64,000 bases of DNA from Chthoniobacteraceae bacterium (GTDB lineage: Bacteria; Verrucomicrobiota; Verrucomicrobiia; Chthoniobacterales; Chthoniobacteraceae): NCBI GenBank assembly GCA_031409655.1, contig JANNXQ010000099.1, forward strand, positions 32,001 to 96,000. The letters run 5' to 3'. Below the pieces are notes generated by a model, which was not told the origin of the DNA, did no database searches, and was given only the letters and a program-made list of their open reading frames with translations. Position numbers and translations under genes: made by a program. Positions 29,859 to 39,676 of this stretch are shown in pieces (the stretch's first letter is position 1; every line of letters begins with the position of its first letter).

Positions 29859-30980
29859 ATGAAATCTCTTCGCGACTTCGCTCTCCTCATTGCCCTGCTC
29901 GGCTTGGGCGTGTTCTTCACCGTGCAGGTGCCGGACTTCCTCAGTGCGCGGAATCTCTCCCTCCTGATGATCGACTTCGCGATCACTGCGACGCTCGCCG
30001 TTGGCATGTTACTCGTGATCCTGCCGGGGCACATCGATCTCAGTGCGGGGAGCGGGGTCGGGCTCATTGGCGGCCTCACCGCGGTGCTGGTCAGCAATCA
30101 TCAGTGGCCTGCCCCATGGGCGATGCTCGTGGGTCTGCTCGTCGCGGTGGCGCTCTGGTTCACGATGGGCACGCTCATCGTGCGCGAGCGGATCCCGGCT
30201 TTCATCATCACCCTTGGTGGGCTGCTCGTTTTCAAAGGGCTCTTCTGGCTCGTCATCCAGAGCCACACGGTGCCCATCGTGGTCGGTGGCGGCTCGAATC
30301 TTTACTCGCAACTCACCACTTACTACCTGCCGCGTCCCATGGGTTACGCGCTTGCGGCGGTGGTGGTCGCCGGGCTTGCTTTCGTGCATCTCCGCAGCCG
30401 CGCGGCGCGACTGGCGCACGGCTTCGGCGCGGAGGATCGCGAGGCGGAATTCCTCAAGCTCTTCATCGCCGCGCAGATCGTTTTCCTCTTCGTCATCGTC
30501 ACGAATCAATTTCGCGGCGTGCCGCTCCCGGCGCTGATCCTCGGTGCCGTGGCCCTCGGCGTTTGGGTGCTCACCCAGCACACGCCGTGGGGCCGCTACC
30601 TTTACGCCATCGGCGGAAACGAAGAAGCCTCCGTGATCAGCGGCATCCCCGTGGCCCGCGTCACGGTGGGCGCTTTCACCCTCATGGGCGTCATCGTCGC
30701 CATCACCGGACTCATGCAGACGGCCTACGGCGGCGCGAGCACCACGACGGTCGGCGATCTCATGGAACTCGACGCCGTCGCCGCGTGCGTAATCGGCGGC
30801 ACATCGTTAAAAGGCGGACGCGGCACGGTGCTGGGCGTGCTCTTCGGCGCCCTCATTATGGCGTGTCTGATCAATGGCATGACGCTCATGGCGGTGAAGC
30901 CCGAGGCGAAATTCATCGCCCGCGGCCTCGTGCTCATCGGCGCCGTCTGGATGGACGTGCGAATGGCGCGCGGGAAGTAG
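29859..30980 (+). CDS. Sugar ABC transporter permease (XylH/GguB-like)
   Basis: GHIDLSAGS, IPAFIITLGG, GRYLYAIGGNEEA..SGI, ELDAVAACVIGGTSLKGGRG. Confidence 0.92.
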   Translation: MKSLRDFALLIALLGLGVFFTVQVPDFLSARNLSLLMIDFAITATLAVGMLLVILPGHIDLSAGSGVGLIGGLTAVLVSNHQWPAPWAMLVGLLVAVALWFTMGTLIVRERIPAFIITLGGLLVFKGLFWLVIQSHTVPIVVGGGSNLYSQLTTYYLPRPMGYALAAVVVAGLAFVHLRSRAARLAHGFGAEDREAEFLKLFIAAQIVFLFVIVTNQFRGVPLPALILGAVALGVWVLTQHTPWGRYLYAIGGNEEASVISGIPVARVTVGAFTLMGVIVAITGLMQTAYGGASTTTVGDLMELDAVAACVIGGTSLKGGRGTVLGVLFGALIMACLINGMTLMAVKPEAKFIARGLVLIGAVWMDVRMARGK

Positions 30981-31112
30981 CCCGGGAGCGCCGCCGTCCC
31001 GTGCGGCATCGTTCCAGGCGCGCGCAGCGCCACATTTCGTCGTTGGTATTTGCGAATAGGCGCTGCGCGCGCCATGCACGATGCCGCACGGGACGGCGGC
31101 GCTCCCGGCTAC
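30977..31112. repeat. Long REP-like inverted repeat between convergent genes
   Basis: Perfect 31-bp arms at 30982-31012 and 31078-31108; inner 15-bp arms at 31017-31031 and 31059-31073. Confidence 0.85.
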
Positions 31113-32488
31113 AGTACCGTCCCGCGCAGGATGGCGGAGGCGGCGGTGAAGTAGATGATCAGGCCAGTGACATCGACCAGCGTGGCGACGAAGGGCGCCG
31201 AGGAGGTGGCCGGGTCGATCCCGCAGCGGCGTAGGAAGAGCGGGAGCATCGCACCGGAGATCGTGCCCCAGAGCACCACCCCCATGACCGCGGCCGACAC
31301 GGTGAAGGCGATCAAGAGGTAGTGTGGTCCGTAGGCTTCCGAAAAACGCGACCAGACGATGATCCGCAAGAAGCCGATCCCCGCGAGCAGTGCGCCGAGG
31401 AGCAGCCCGGAGGCGATCTCGCGCTTCATCACCCGCCACCAGTCGCCGATCTTGATCTCGCCGAGCGACAGCGCGCGGATGATGAGCGTCGAGGCCTGCG
31501 AGCCCGAGTTGCCGCCGCTGGAGATGATCAGCGGGATGAAAAGTGCGAGGACCAGCGCGCTCGCCAGTTCATGCTCAAAGACGCCCATCACCGTCGCCGT
31601 GAGCATCTGCCCGAGGAAAAGCACGACGAGCCACACCGCCCGCTTGCGCACGAGTTCAAAGAGCGGCGCGTCCATGTAGGGCTCCTCCAGCGCTTCCACG
31701 CCGCCGAGCTTCTGGATGTCTTCCGTCGCCGCCTGCTCCTGCACATCGAGGATGTCGTCCACCGTCACGATGCCGAGCAGTCGGTGCTCGCTGTCCGTCA
31801 CCGGGAGCGTATTGCGGTCATATTTTCGAAAAGCTTCGATCGCTGCCTCCTCGGGGTCCGTGGCCTTCAGCGCGATGAAGTGCGAGTCATGGATGTCGCG
31901 CACGCGAGTCTCCACGGAATGGAGGAGGAATTCGCGGATGCGCACGTCGTCGATCAGCCGTCCGTGCTCGTCGGTCACGTAGATCACATTCAGCGTCTCG
32001 GAGTCGCGACCGTGGGCGCGGATATGATCGAGCACCTGCTGGATGCTCCAGTCTGCGCGCACGCTCATGAAGTCCGGCGTCATCAGGCGGCCCACGCTGC
32101 TCTCCGGGTAGTTGAGCAGCGTCTGCGCGATTGCTTTTTCCTCCGGCGAGAGGAGCTGGATGAGCTGCATCACTGCCGCGCCGGGCAGTTCCTCGAGCAG
32201 CGCCGTGCGATCGTCGGGCGACATCTCGTTGAGGATGCGCGCCGCGTCCACCGTGCCCATCGCCCGGAGCAGGCCCTGCTGGGCGTCGCTGTCGAGATAC
32301 TCGAAGACCTCCGTGGCCAGCACATGCGGCAGGATGCGGAAGACGACCACCTGCTCCTCGTGGGCAAAGTCCGTGATGCACTCGGCGATGTCCGCCGGCG
32401 ACCAATCGGCAAACGCCGCCCGCAGCGCGCTGAAATTGCGCGCTGCGATCAGCTCTTTGACTTCGGGACCGATGAGATTGCCGAGCAC
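31109..32488 (-). CDS. mgtE: Magnesium transporter MgtE
   Basis: N domain, CBS pair (SVGRLMT, GIVTVDD), [13 protein letters not shown] and [18 protein letters not shown]. Start GTG 32488 inferred. Confidence 0.95.
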   Translation of the reverse strand: MLGNLIGPEVKELIAARNFSALRAAFADWSPADIAECITDFAHEEQVVVFRILPHVLATEVFEYLDSDAQQGLLRAMGTVDAARILNEMSPDDRTALLEELPGAAVMQLIQLLSPEEKAIAQTLLNYPESSVGRLMTPDFMSVRADWSIQQVLDHIRAHGRDSETLNVIYVTDEHGRLIDDVRIREFLLHSVETRVRDIHDSHFIALKATDPEEAAIEAFRKYDRNTLPVTDSEHRLLGIVTVDDILDVQEQAATEDIQKLGGVEALEEPYMDAPLFELVRKRAVWLVVLFLGQMLTATVMGVFEHELASALVLALFIPLIISSGGNSGSQASTLIIRALSLGEIKIGDWWRVMKREIASGLLLGALLAGIGFLRIIVWSRFSEAYGPHYLLIAFTVSAAVMGVVLWGTISGAMLPLFLRRCGIDPATSSAPFVATLVDVTGLIIYFTAASAILRGTVL

Positions 32489-32543
32489 GCAGACTTCTGC
32501 GCGCGGCGGCGCGTGGCGTGCAAACAAAAACCTCTCGGCGCGC

Positions 32544-32660
<117 letters not shown>

Positions 32661-32663
32661 CCG

Positions 32664-34391
32664 ATGAGCTACCAGGTCTTTGCCCGCAAATATCGCCCGC
32701 AGACGTTTGACGAGATCGTCGGGCAGGAGCACATCGTTCGCACGCTGAAGAACGCCATCGAGCAATCGCGGCTGGCGCAGGCCTATCTTTTCGTCGGGCC
32801 GCGCGGGACGGGGAAGACCTCGACGGCGCGCATTTTCGCCAAGGCGCTGAACTGCGTGAACGCCCCGACGGTGAGTCCGTGTGGAGTGTGTGACATGTGC
32901 AAGGAGATCGCGGCGGGCAATTCGCTGAACGTCCTCGAGTTCGACGCGGCGTCGAACACGCAGGTGGACAAAATCCGCGAGATCATCATCGACACGGTGA
33001 AATTCGCGCCGGCCCACGGGAAGTACAAACTCTACATCGTGGACGAGGTCCACATGCTCTCGACGTCGTCCTTCAATGCGCTGCTCAAGACGCTCGAGGA
33101 GCCGCCGGCGCATGTGAAATTCGTCTTCGCGACGACGGATGTGCAGAAGGTGCCGACGACGATCATTTCGCGCTGCCAGCGTTTCGATCTCCAGCGGATC
33201 GCCACGCCGGCCATCGCGAAGCATCTGCTTTTCATCGCCGGAAAAGAGCAGCTCACGCTCTCGCCGGAAGCGGCGGATGCGGTCGCGCGTGGGGCGGAAG
33301 GCGGACTGCGCGACGCGGAGTCGATGCTCGATCAGCTCGTCGCCTTTTGCGGGAACACCATCGGTGAGCCAAATGTGCTCGAGGTCTTCGGCTTCACCTC
33401 GCAGCACACGGTGTCGCAGCTCAGCGGCCACATCCTCGCTCGCGAAGCCGCGCCGACTCTGGCGCTCGTGCATACGCAGGCTGAGGCGGGGAAAGATCTC
33501 AGCCGCCTGCTCGGCGATCTCATCACGCACTTCCGCAATCTCCTCGTGGTGAAAGCGGACCCGGGCGCGCTTAGTGATGAGTTCAGCGCGGAGGCGGTCG
33601 CCGATCTCACGGTGCAGGCAGAGAGCGTGCCGATGGAGAAAATCCTGAACCTCATCGAGCAGTTCGCCGCCGCGGAGAGCCGGATGAAATGGGCGGCGAA
33701 CAAGAAGATGCACTTTGAAGTCGCGGTGATCCGCGCGATCCAGACGCTCGGGCAGGCCACACTCGATGAAGTGCTCGATACGCTCACGGCGTTGCGGGGT
33801 GGGGGCGCGCCGCCGGTCCGGGAAGTGAAGGCGCCTGCGCCCAAGGTTGCGGTCGCGGCGCCGGCAGCCGCCCTGCCGCGCAGTCTGGCGGCTGCGGTGG
33901 CGAGCGCGATCGTGGCTCCAGCCAAGCCAGCTCCTGCTCCCGTGGTCGCCGCGCCAGCACCGGTCGTCCGCGAAGAACCCGTGCCGTCAAAACCTACTCC
34001 TGCTGCGGCTCTCCCCGCGGATCTGTGGCCGCAAGCGGTTGCGCGGATTCGCAAGGAGCGCCGGCTGCTCCTCTCCTGGGTGCAGAGTGGCATGCTGGAG
34101 GGCATCGAAGGCGACGTGGCCACGCTCGCCTTCCCTCCGGCGTCGGATCTCGCGAAGGAAGCGTGCGAGAATCCCAAGCAGCGCGTCTTTCTCGAAGCGC
34201 TCCTTTCCGAGCTCGCCGGACGCAAGTTGTCGGTTCGTTGCGTGAAACGCGAAGGGCTAGTAGTGGAGCCGGTGCAGCTCCCCGAGGAACCGAAGCCGGT
34301 GGCGAAAGACCCGATGGCCGAGTTCAAAGATGATTCATTGATCCGCCGCGCACTGGAGATCTTCGGCGCAGAGGTGGCGCAGAATCGTTGA
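32664..34391 (+). CDS. dnaX: DNA polymerase III subunit gamma/tau
   Basis: MSYQVFARKYRPQTF, GPRGTGKT, DEVHML, NALLKTLEEPP, SRCQRF. Confidence 0.97.
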   Translation: MSYQVFARKYRPQTFDEIVGQEHIVRTLKNAIEQSRLAQAYLFVGPRGTGKTSTARIFAKALNCVNAPTVSPCGVCDMCKEIAAGNSLNVLEFDAASNTQVDKIREIIIDTVKFAPAHGKYKLYIVDEVHMLSTSSFNALLKTLEEPPAHVKFVFATTDVQKVPTTIISRCQRFDLQRIATPAIAKHLLFIAGKEQLTLSPEAADAVARGAEGGLRDAESMLDQLVAFCGNTIGEPNVLEVFGFTSQHTVSQLSGHILAREAAPTLALVHTQAEAGKDLSRLLGDLITHFRNLLVVKADPGALSDEFSAEAVADLTVQAESVPMEKILNLIEQFAAAESRMKWAANKKMHFEVAVIRAIQTLGQATLDEVLDTLTALRGGGAPPVREVKAPAPKVAVAAPAAALPRSLAAAVASAIVAPAKPAPAPVVAAPAPVVREEPVPSKPTPAAALPADLWPQAVARIRKERRLLLSWVQSGMLEGIEGDVATLAFPPASDLAKEACENPKQRVFLEALLSELAGRKLSVRCVKREGLVVEPVQLPEEPKPVAKDPMAEFKDDSLIRRALEIFGAEVAQNR

Positions 34392-34606
34392 TCGTTGAGA
34401 GCCGAGCGAAGCGAGACAGCCAATCCATCTTTTTCCGTTCTTTGAAATCGGCAATTGAGAGTTGAGCGCCGCGCGGAATACTTTCCGAGCGCCGCCTTGA
34501 ACCACGGCTTCTTTTCTTCCGAACACTCGTCGCCCGATCTCCCAAAACATCCACTCCCGCGCTTGCGGCTCTCAACTCTCAACTCCCAACTCCCAACTCC
34601 CAACTA
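34387..34606. repeat. Inverted heptamer array (GTTGAGA / TCTCAAC-TCCCAAC)
   Basis: GTTGATCGTTGAGAGCCG ... ATTGAGAGTTGAG ... CGGCTCTCAACTCTCAACTCCCAACTCCCAACTCCCAACT. Confidence 0.8.
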
Positions 34607-34616
34607 CCCACTTCCC

Positions 34617-34928
34617 ATGAACCTTAAAAAAATGATGCAGCAGGCGACGAAGATGCAGGAACAAATGCAGGCGACGCAGGCCGAACTCGCGGAGAAACTC
34701 GTGACCGCGACGGCCGGCGGCGGCAAGGTGACGGTGACCGCGAATGGCGCGGGGGACGTGGTTTCGATCAAGATCGATCCGAGCGTCGTGGATGCCGCCG
34801 ATGTGGAAATGCTCGAGGACTTGATCCTGAGCGGCGTGCAAAAGGCGATCGAGGAAGGCAAGGCGATGGCCCAGGCGGAGATGGGCAAGCTCACTGCCGG
34901 GATGGGCTTGCCGCCCGGGATGCTTTAG
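34617..34928 (+). CDS. ebfC: YbaB/EbfC nucleoid-associated protein
   Basis: MMQQATKMQEQM, AGGGKVTVTANG, DVEMLEDLI; follows dnaX. Confidence 0.95.
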   Translation: MNLKKMMQQATKMQEQMQATQAELAEKLVTATAGGGKVTVTANGAGDVVSIKIDPSVVDAADVEMLEDLILSGVQKAIEEGKAMAQAEMGKLTAGMGLPPGML

Positions 34929-34933
34929 TTTCA

Positions 34934-35112
34934 GGGGAGCATACGCGTCCCGCGTGTTGGTTTCGGCGTCCCGCCGGAACGGACTTCCCTTGATCGAACG
35001 GATAGGACGAATGGCACCGGCGGGATCACAGGCGCGGGCTTGAGTCCGGGAAGCGGCGAAAGTTCGTTTCGGCGAGACGCCGAAACCAACGGGAGGGACG
35101 CCCATGCTCCCC
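34934..35112. repeat. REP-like composite inverted repeat (GGAG-footed)
   Basis: GGGGAGCAT..GTTGGTTTCGGCGTC.CGCC ... GGCG.GACGCCGAAACCAAC..ATGCTCCCC imperfect arms of about 53 bp between convergent genes. Confidence 0.8.
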
Positions 35113-35128
35113 GGAAGTTCGCGCTTCG

Positions 35129-36295
35129 TCAGATCACCGTCCGCAGGATCGTGCAGAGCGCGTCGATCTGCTTTGGCGTGTGCTTGGCGGAGATCGTGAC
35201 GCGGAGCCGGGCGGCGTCGCGGGCGACGGTGGGAAAGCGGATCGCGGGGACGAAGAAGCCTTTGTCCGCGAGCATCTGCGACGCAGCCAGCGCGGCCTCG
35301 GAGGTGCCGAGGACGATGGGGATGATCGCACTCTGCACTTTCTGTCCCTCGGCAAAGAGCGGCGGGAGGCAGCTTGCAAAATACGCGAGATGGGCGCGCA
35401 AGGTTTGCCGCCGCTTTTCGCCCGCGGGTGACATCAGGAACTCGATCGCCGCCGTGCCGGCCGCGGCGACGGCGGGACTCGGCGCGGTGCTGTAGATGAA
35501 GCTGCGGGCGCGATTGATGAGCAGGTCGATGAGCTTGCGCGATCCGGCGACGTAACCGCCGCTCGCGCCGAGCGCCTTGCTGAGGGTGCCCATGTGAATG
35601 TCGATGTCCTCCGCGAGCCCGAGTTGATCCGCGAGCCCGCGTCCGTTCTTCCCGATGACGCCCACGGCGTGCGCTTCATCGAGCAGGAGCAGGGCGTCGT
35701 AGCGTTTCTTGATCTCGACGATGCCGGTGAGCGCCGCCCAGTCGCCGTCCATGCTGAAGACGGACTCCGTGGCGATGATGACGCGGGCGTCGGGGAAATT
35801 TTCCTGCGCCCACTGGATGTGGCTCTCGAGTTTGCCGAGATGATTGTGCGGAAAGACGCGGACATGCGCGCCGCTCAGTCGCGCGCCGTCGATCAGACAG
35901 GCGTGGCAGAGCTTGTCGAGAATGACGACGTCGTCCTTGCCGCAAAGCGCGCCGAGCGTGCCGAGCGCGGCGGCGTATCCGCTGGAGAAGACCAGCGCCG
36001 CCTCGGTCTGCTTGAATTCCGCGAGCCGCTCCTCGAGCCGCACATGCGGAGTGAGCGTGCCGCAGATCAGCCGCGAAGCTCCCGCGCCCACGCCGTATTG
36101 GTCGATGGCCGCCTTCGCGGCTTCGCGCAGCGCGGGCTCGGTGGCGAGGCCGAGATAGTCGTTGGAGGAAAAGTTGAGGAGCTTCTTGCCGGCGAATTCC
36201 ATCGCGGGCTGCTGCGGCGATTCGAGTTCGCGCAGCTTGCGGAGCAGCGAGCGAGCGCGCAGTTCGGCGAGTTCGGAGGAGAAGCTGCGAGGCAT
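35129..36295 (-). CDS. bioF: 8-amino-7-oxononanoate synthase
   Basis: NFSSNDYLGLA, GASRL, ESVFSMDGD, DEAHAVG, GTLSKALG (PLP Lys). Confidence 0.93.
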   Translation of the reverse strand: MPRSFSSELAELRARSLLRKLRELESPQQPAMEFAGKKLLNFSSNDYLGLATEPALREAAKAAIDQYGVGAGASRLICGTLTPHVRLEERLAEFKQTEAALVFSSGYAAALGTLGALCGKDDVVILDKLCHACLIDGARLSGAHVRVFPHNHLGKLESHIQWAQENFPDARVIIATESVFSMDGDWAALTGIVEIKKRYDALLLLDEAHAVGVIGKNGRGLADQLGLAEDIDIHMGTLSKALGASGGYVAGSRKLIDLLINRARSFIYSTAPSPAVAAAGTAAIEFLMSPAGEKRRQTLRAHLAYFASCLPPLFAEGQKVQSAIIPIVLGTSEAALAASQMLADKGFFVPAIRFPTVARDAARLRVTISAKHTPKQIDALCTILRTVI

Positions 36296-36316
36296 GCGAG
36301 GAGGGATGATGGAGAT

Positions 36317-36399
36317 AACGCCAAACTTCAAACTTCAAACGCCAAACACCAAACGGTCGAGTCCCCGCCGACCGACGCGCTCGTTTAAAGTTTGGCGTT
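36317..36399. repeat. Inverted heptamer array (CCAAACG/TCAAACT family)
   Basis: AACGCCAAACTTCAAACTTCAAACGCCAAACACCAAACG ... CGTTTAAAGTTTGGCGTT. Confidence 0.85.
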
Positions 36400-36413
36400 C
36401 TCTCCGTCCGCCC

Positions 36414-37322
36414 TCAGTTCGCCCCCGAACCCGCCAGCCCCCACGCCAGCATCTTATACGAATCATCCCAGACCTGCTTGTCATTGAAGATCAGCGAGAT
36501 CATGTGCCGCCCACCGTAAGTCGCGCTCGAGATGAGACAGTGCCCAGCCGCATTCGTGTAGCCAGTCTTCATCCCATTGCAGAGCGGCCAGCGCTGCAGG
36601 ACTTTGTTGGTCGTGGTGAAAGTGCGGACGCGGCCGTCATTGTAGCGCCAGGTGATATCGCGATCACTGATCATCTTGCGCAGCGTGGAATTGCGATAGA
36701 CCGCGAGGGCGACCCGGGCCATGTCGCGGGGGGTGGAGTACTGCCCGGGGGCCGGGAGCCCGTTCGGATTGACGAAGTGCGAGTTGCGCATCCCGAGCTG
36801 CTGGGCCTTGGCGTTCATCTTGTCGGCAAATGCCGCGATGCTTCCGGCGTTGTCGCGTGCCAGGCAGAGCGCCACGTCGTTCATGCTCTTCACGAGGAGG
36901 ATATTGAGGAGATCGTAGCGGCGGTAGGTCTCTCCGGCTTTCAGGTAGAGCTTCGTCGGCTCCGCTTTCGTGTCGCTCACCTGGACGGTGGCGCGGCGAT
37001 TGAGGTCACCTTCCTCCGCGATGATGAGCGCGGTCAGCAGCTTCTGCGTGCTCGCGACCGGGCGCGGGTCGTCGGGATTGTGCGAGAAGAGGATCTGCCC
37101 GGTGGCGGCATCGACGAGCAGCGCCGCGCCAGCGTCGAGGATGGGCAGCTCACCACCTTCCGGCTCGGCAGGATAGGCCCGGATCGGGGCCGGTTTCTTT
37201 TCAAAAAACGTGGTGTCGTTCTTTTTCTTGGTGCTGGGCTTTTTCGGCGCGGCCGCTCCGGAAAGCGGGAGGGCGAAGACGAGCACGGTGCTGAGGAGCA
37301 GGGAAAAGAGGCGGCGCGACAT
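36414..37322 (-). CDS. D-alanyl-D-alanine carboxypeptidase (peptidase S11)
   Basis: Signal peptide; ASTQK (SxxK), SMN (SxN), KTG and FVNPNGL. Confidence 0.92.
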   Translation of the reverse strand: MSRRLFSLLLSTVLVFALPLSGAAAPKKPSTKKKNDTTFFEKKPAPIRAYPAEPEGGELPILDAGAALLVDAATGQILFSHNPDDPRPVASTQKLLTALIIAEEGDLNRRATVQVSDTKAEPTKLYLKAGETYRRYDLLNILLVKSMNDVALCLARDNAGSIAAFADKMNAKAQQLGMRNSHFVNPNGLPAPGQYSTPRDMARVALAVYRNSTLRKMISDRDITWRYNDGRVRTFTTTNKVLQRWPLCNGMKTGYTNAAGHCLISSATYGGRHMISLIFNDKQVWDDSYKMLAWGLAGSGAN

Positions 37323-37387
37323 GGGCGGCGTAAGTAAGCGAAGGTCTCAGCAGATGGCAAGCCCATGGGGCCGCCGAAAGACCGGCG

Positions 37388-38059
37388 TTACTTTTCAAGT
37401 CGCTTCTCCACCTCCGGATCGGACGCGCCGCCGAGGTTCAGGGATTTCTCGTAGTGCCGCCGCGCGAGTTCCACGGCGGGCGGGGTGCGCTGGAGGTAGA
37501 AGACCGCGAGATTGTAGTGCGCCTCTTCGTAGCCGGGGTCGAGCGCGATGGCTTTCCGCAACTCGTCCTCGGCGCCGGAGTACCAGCCTTTTTTCCCGAT
37601 TGTCACGCCGAGATAATGGTGGGCGCGCGCGTCCTTCGGGGCGTAGAGGACCGCCTGGGCAAGCGCGGCGAGCGCGGCGTCCAGCTTGTCCTGATCGTAG
37701 GCCACCATGCCGAGGAGCAGCCATGGGAGACCGTTCTCGGGTTCCGCGCGGGCGACCTTCTTGAGCAATGCTTCCGCCTTGGCGTAGTCCTTCTCGCGGT
37801 AGGCGATCAGGCCGAGGTTGATGGTCGTCGGTACATTGCCCGGGACAAAGTTGAGAACCTTCCCAAACTCCCGTTTCGCGGTCTCGAGATCGCCGCTGGT
37901 CATCGCGTCGAGCGCGGTCCTGGCGTAAGCCTGCGCGACGCGCGGAGCTGTCTTTTCCAGCGGCTGAGACGGGGTCCGCGAGCTCTTGCTCGTCTGGGCG
38001 AGGAGGGCGGTGTCCAGCGTCCAGAGCGCGACGACCGTCAGGAGCAGCGCGCGCGTCAT
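37388..38059 (-). CDS. Secreted tetratricopeptide repeat protein
   Basis: Signal peptide followed by TPR repeats (e.g. AHYNLAVFY, AHHYLG). Confidence 0.85.
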   Translation of the reverse strand: MTRALLLTVVALWTLDTALLAQTSKSSRTPSQPLEKTAPRVAQAYARTALDAMTSGDLETAKREFGKVLNFVPGNVPTTINLGLIAYREKDYAKAEALLKKVARAEPENGLPWLLLGMVAYDQDKLDAALAALAQAVLYAPKDARAHHYLGVTIGKKGWYSGAEDELRKAIALDPGYEEAHYNLAVFYLQRTPPAVELARRHYEKSLNLGGASDPEVEKRLEK

Positions 38060-38859
38060 TTTTCGGCAGCCAGCTCGCGCGCCCGGGCCGTCGCGGCGCG
38101 CACGGCTTGGAGGAAAGTGGACCGCAGCGCGCCGGCCTCGAGCGCTTCGAGGCCCGCGATGGTGGTGCCGCCGGGGCTGGTCACTTCGTCTTTCAGCGCA
38201 GCGGGGTGGCGGCCAGTCTGCAGGACCATCTGCGCCGAGCCGGCCACGGTCTGCGCCGCGAGCTTCAGGGCGAGATCGCGCGGGAGGCCGAGGAGCACGC
38301 CAGCGTCGGAGAGCGCCTCGATCACCATATAGATGTATGCGGGCCCGCTCCCACTGAGGCCGGTGACCACGTCGAGCAGTGGCTCCTTCACCTTCACGGC
38401 GATCCCGACGGCGCCGAAGATTTTCTCCGTCGTCGCGGCATCGGCGACAGTCGTCCCCGCGCCGAGGGAATACGCTGCGGCGCCCTGGTGGATGAGGGCA
38501 GGCGTGTTGGGCATCACGCGCACGATCCGGGCCTTCGCGCCGGCGGCTTCCTGCAAAGTCGAAATGGGCAGGCCGGCGACGATCGAAATGATGAGCTTGC
38601 CCTCCAAGTCTGCCCGCAACGCGCGCAGGGCCTCCAGCGCATCCCCTGGTTTCACGCAGAGGACGAGGACATCGGACGCTGCGGCGAGTTCGGCATTGGA
38701 GTCCGCGGCGTTGACGCCGGCCGTTTCGGCAAGCTGCGCCGAGACGGTGGCGAGGCAGTCTGTCACCCGAATCTCGGACTTGGAGAAGGCCCCAGATTTC
38801 ACCACGCCGTGGACGAGTGCGGTGGACATTTTACCGGAGCCGATGAAGCCGAGAGTCAT
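38056..38859 (-). CDS. proC: Pyrroline-5-carboxylate reductase
   Basis: GFIGSGKM, RVMPNTP, SGSGPAY, VTSPGGTT. The upstream in-frame extension is a repeat artefact. Confidence 0.96.
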   Translation of the reverse strand: MTLGFIGSGKMSTALVHGVVKSGAFSKSEIRVTDCLATVSAQLAETAGVNAADSNAELAAASDVLVLCVKPGDALEALRALRADLEGKLIISIVAGLPISTLQEAAGAKARIVRVMPNTPALIHQGAAAYSLGAGTTVADAATTEKIFGAVGIAVKVKEPLLDVVTGLSGSGPAYIYMVIEALSDAGVLLGLPRDLALKLAAQTVAGSAQMVLQTGRHPAALKDEVTSPGGTTIAGLEALEAGALRSTFLQAVRAATARARELAAEK

Positions 38860-38926
38860 GCGGCGATTACTGATCCGCCCGTGCGGGCATGGGAAGCGGA
38901 AAGATGCCGGCCCGGCAAGGCTGGGT

Positions 38927-39017
<91 letters not shown>

Positions 39018-39133
39018 GCCACGAGCGAACCAGGCACCGCTCGAGAATTCAGAAGCGGACATCCGCGAGGCTGCCTGCTAAGGCACCGGGAATAAACCCG
39101 CCGCCTGCACACTCCCAGCCCACTGAAGAGGCC

Positions 39134-39676
39134 ATGCAAGACTTCGAGCAACTCGTCGATCGCTACTACACCGCGCTCTATCGCTTTGCGCTCAGCCTGG
39201 CGAAGAATGGTGCAGAGGCGTCTGATCTGACCCAGGAGACTTTCTACATGTGGGCCTCGAAAGGGCATCAGTTGCGCGATGTCTCGAAGGTGAAATCATG
39301 GCTCTTCACGACTCTCTACCGCGCCTACTTGAGCACCTACCGCCACGCCACAAAATTCCCGCACGTCGAACTCGAAGACGCGGCAGCGGAGATGCCGAGC
39401 GTGGCGCCTTCGATCCTCGCGAGTCTCGATGGCACGACGGTCGTCGAAGCGCTCGCGCAGGTGGATGAAGTCTTCCGCGCGCCGCTCACGCTCTTCTACC
39501 TCGAGGAGCTGTCGTACAAGGAAATTGCGGACCTGCTCGAAGTGCCAATCGGCACGGTGATGTCGCGCCTTTCCCGGGGCAAAGCGCAGCTCCGCGAGTG
39601 TCTGCTCGTCGCGGGTGACGCGGGGAGTCGCAAGGTGATCCCGCTCGCCAATACCGGACGAGGAGGTGCCGCGTGA
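39134..39676 (+). CDS. ECF RNA polymerase sigma factor
   Basis: DLTQETF, SWLFTTL, LSYKEIADLLEVPIGTVMSRLSRG (regions 2 and 4). Confidence 0.95.
   Translation: MQDFEQLVDRYYTALYRFALSLAKNGAEASDLTQETFYMWASKGHQLRDVSKVKSWLFTTLYRAYLSTYRHATKFPHVELEDAAAEMPSVAPSILASLDGTTVVEALAQVDEVFRAPLTLFYLEELSYKEIADLLEVPIGTVMSRLSRGKAQLRECLLVAGDAGSRKVIPLANTGRGGAA

Noticed and set aside
32664..34391. Programmed frameshift in dnaX (gamma/tau)
   Set aside because: No A-AAA-AAG or long A-run slippery site seen; the Ala/Pro linker is ordinary.
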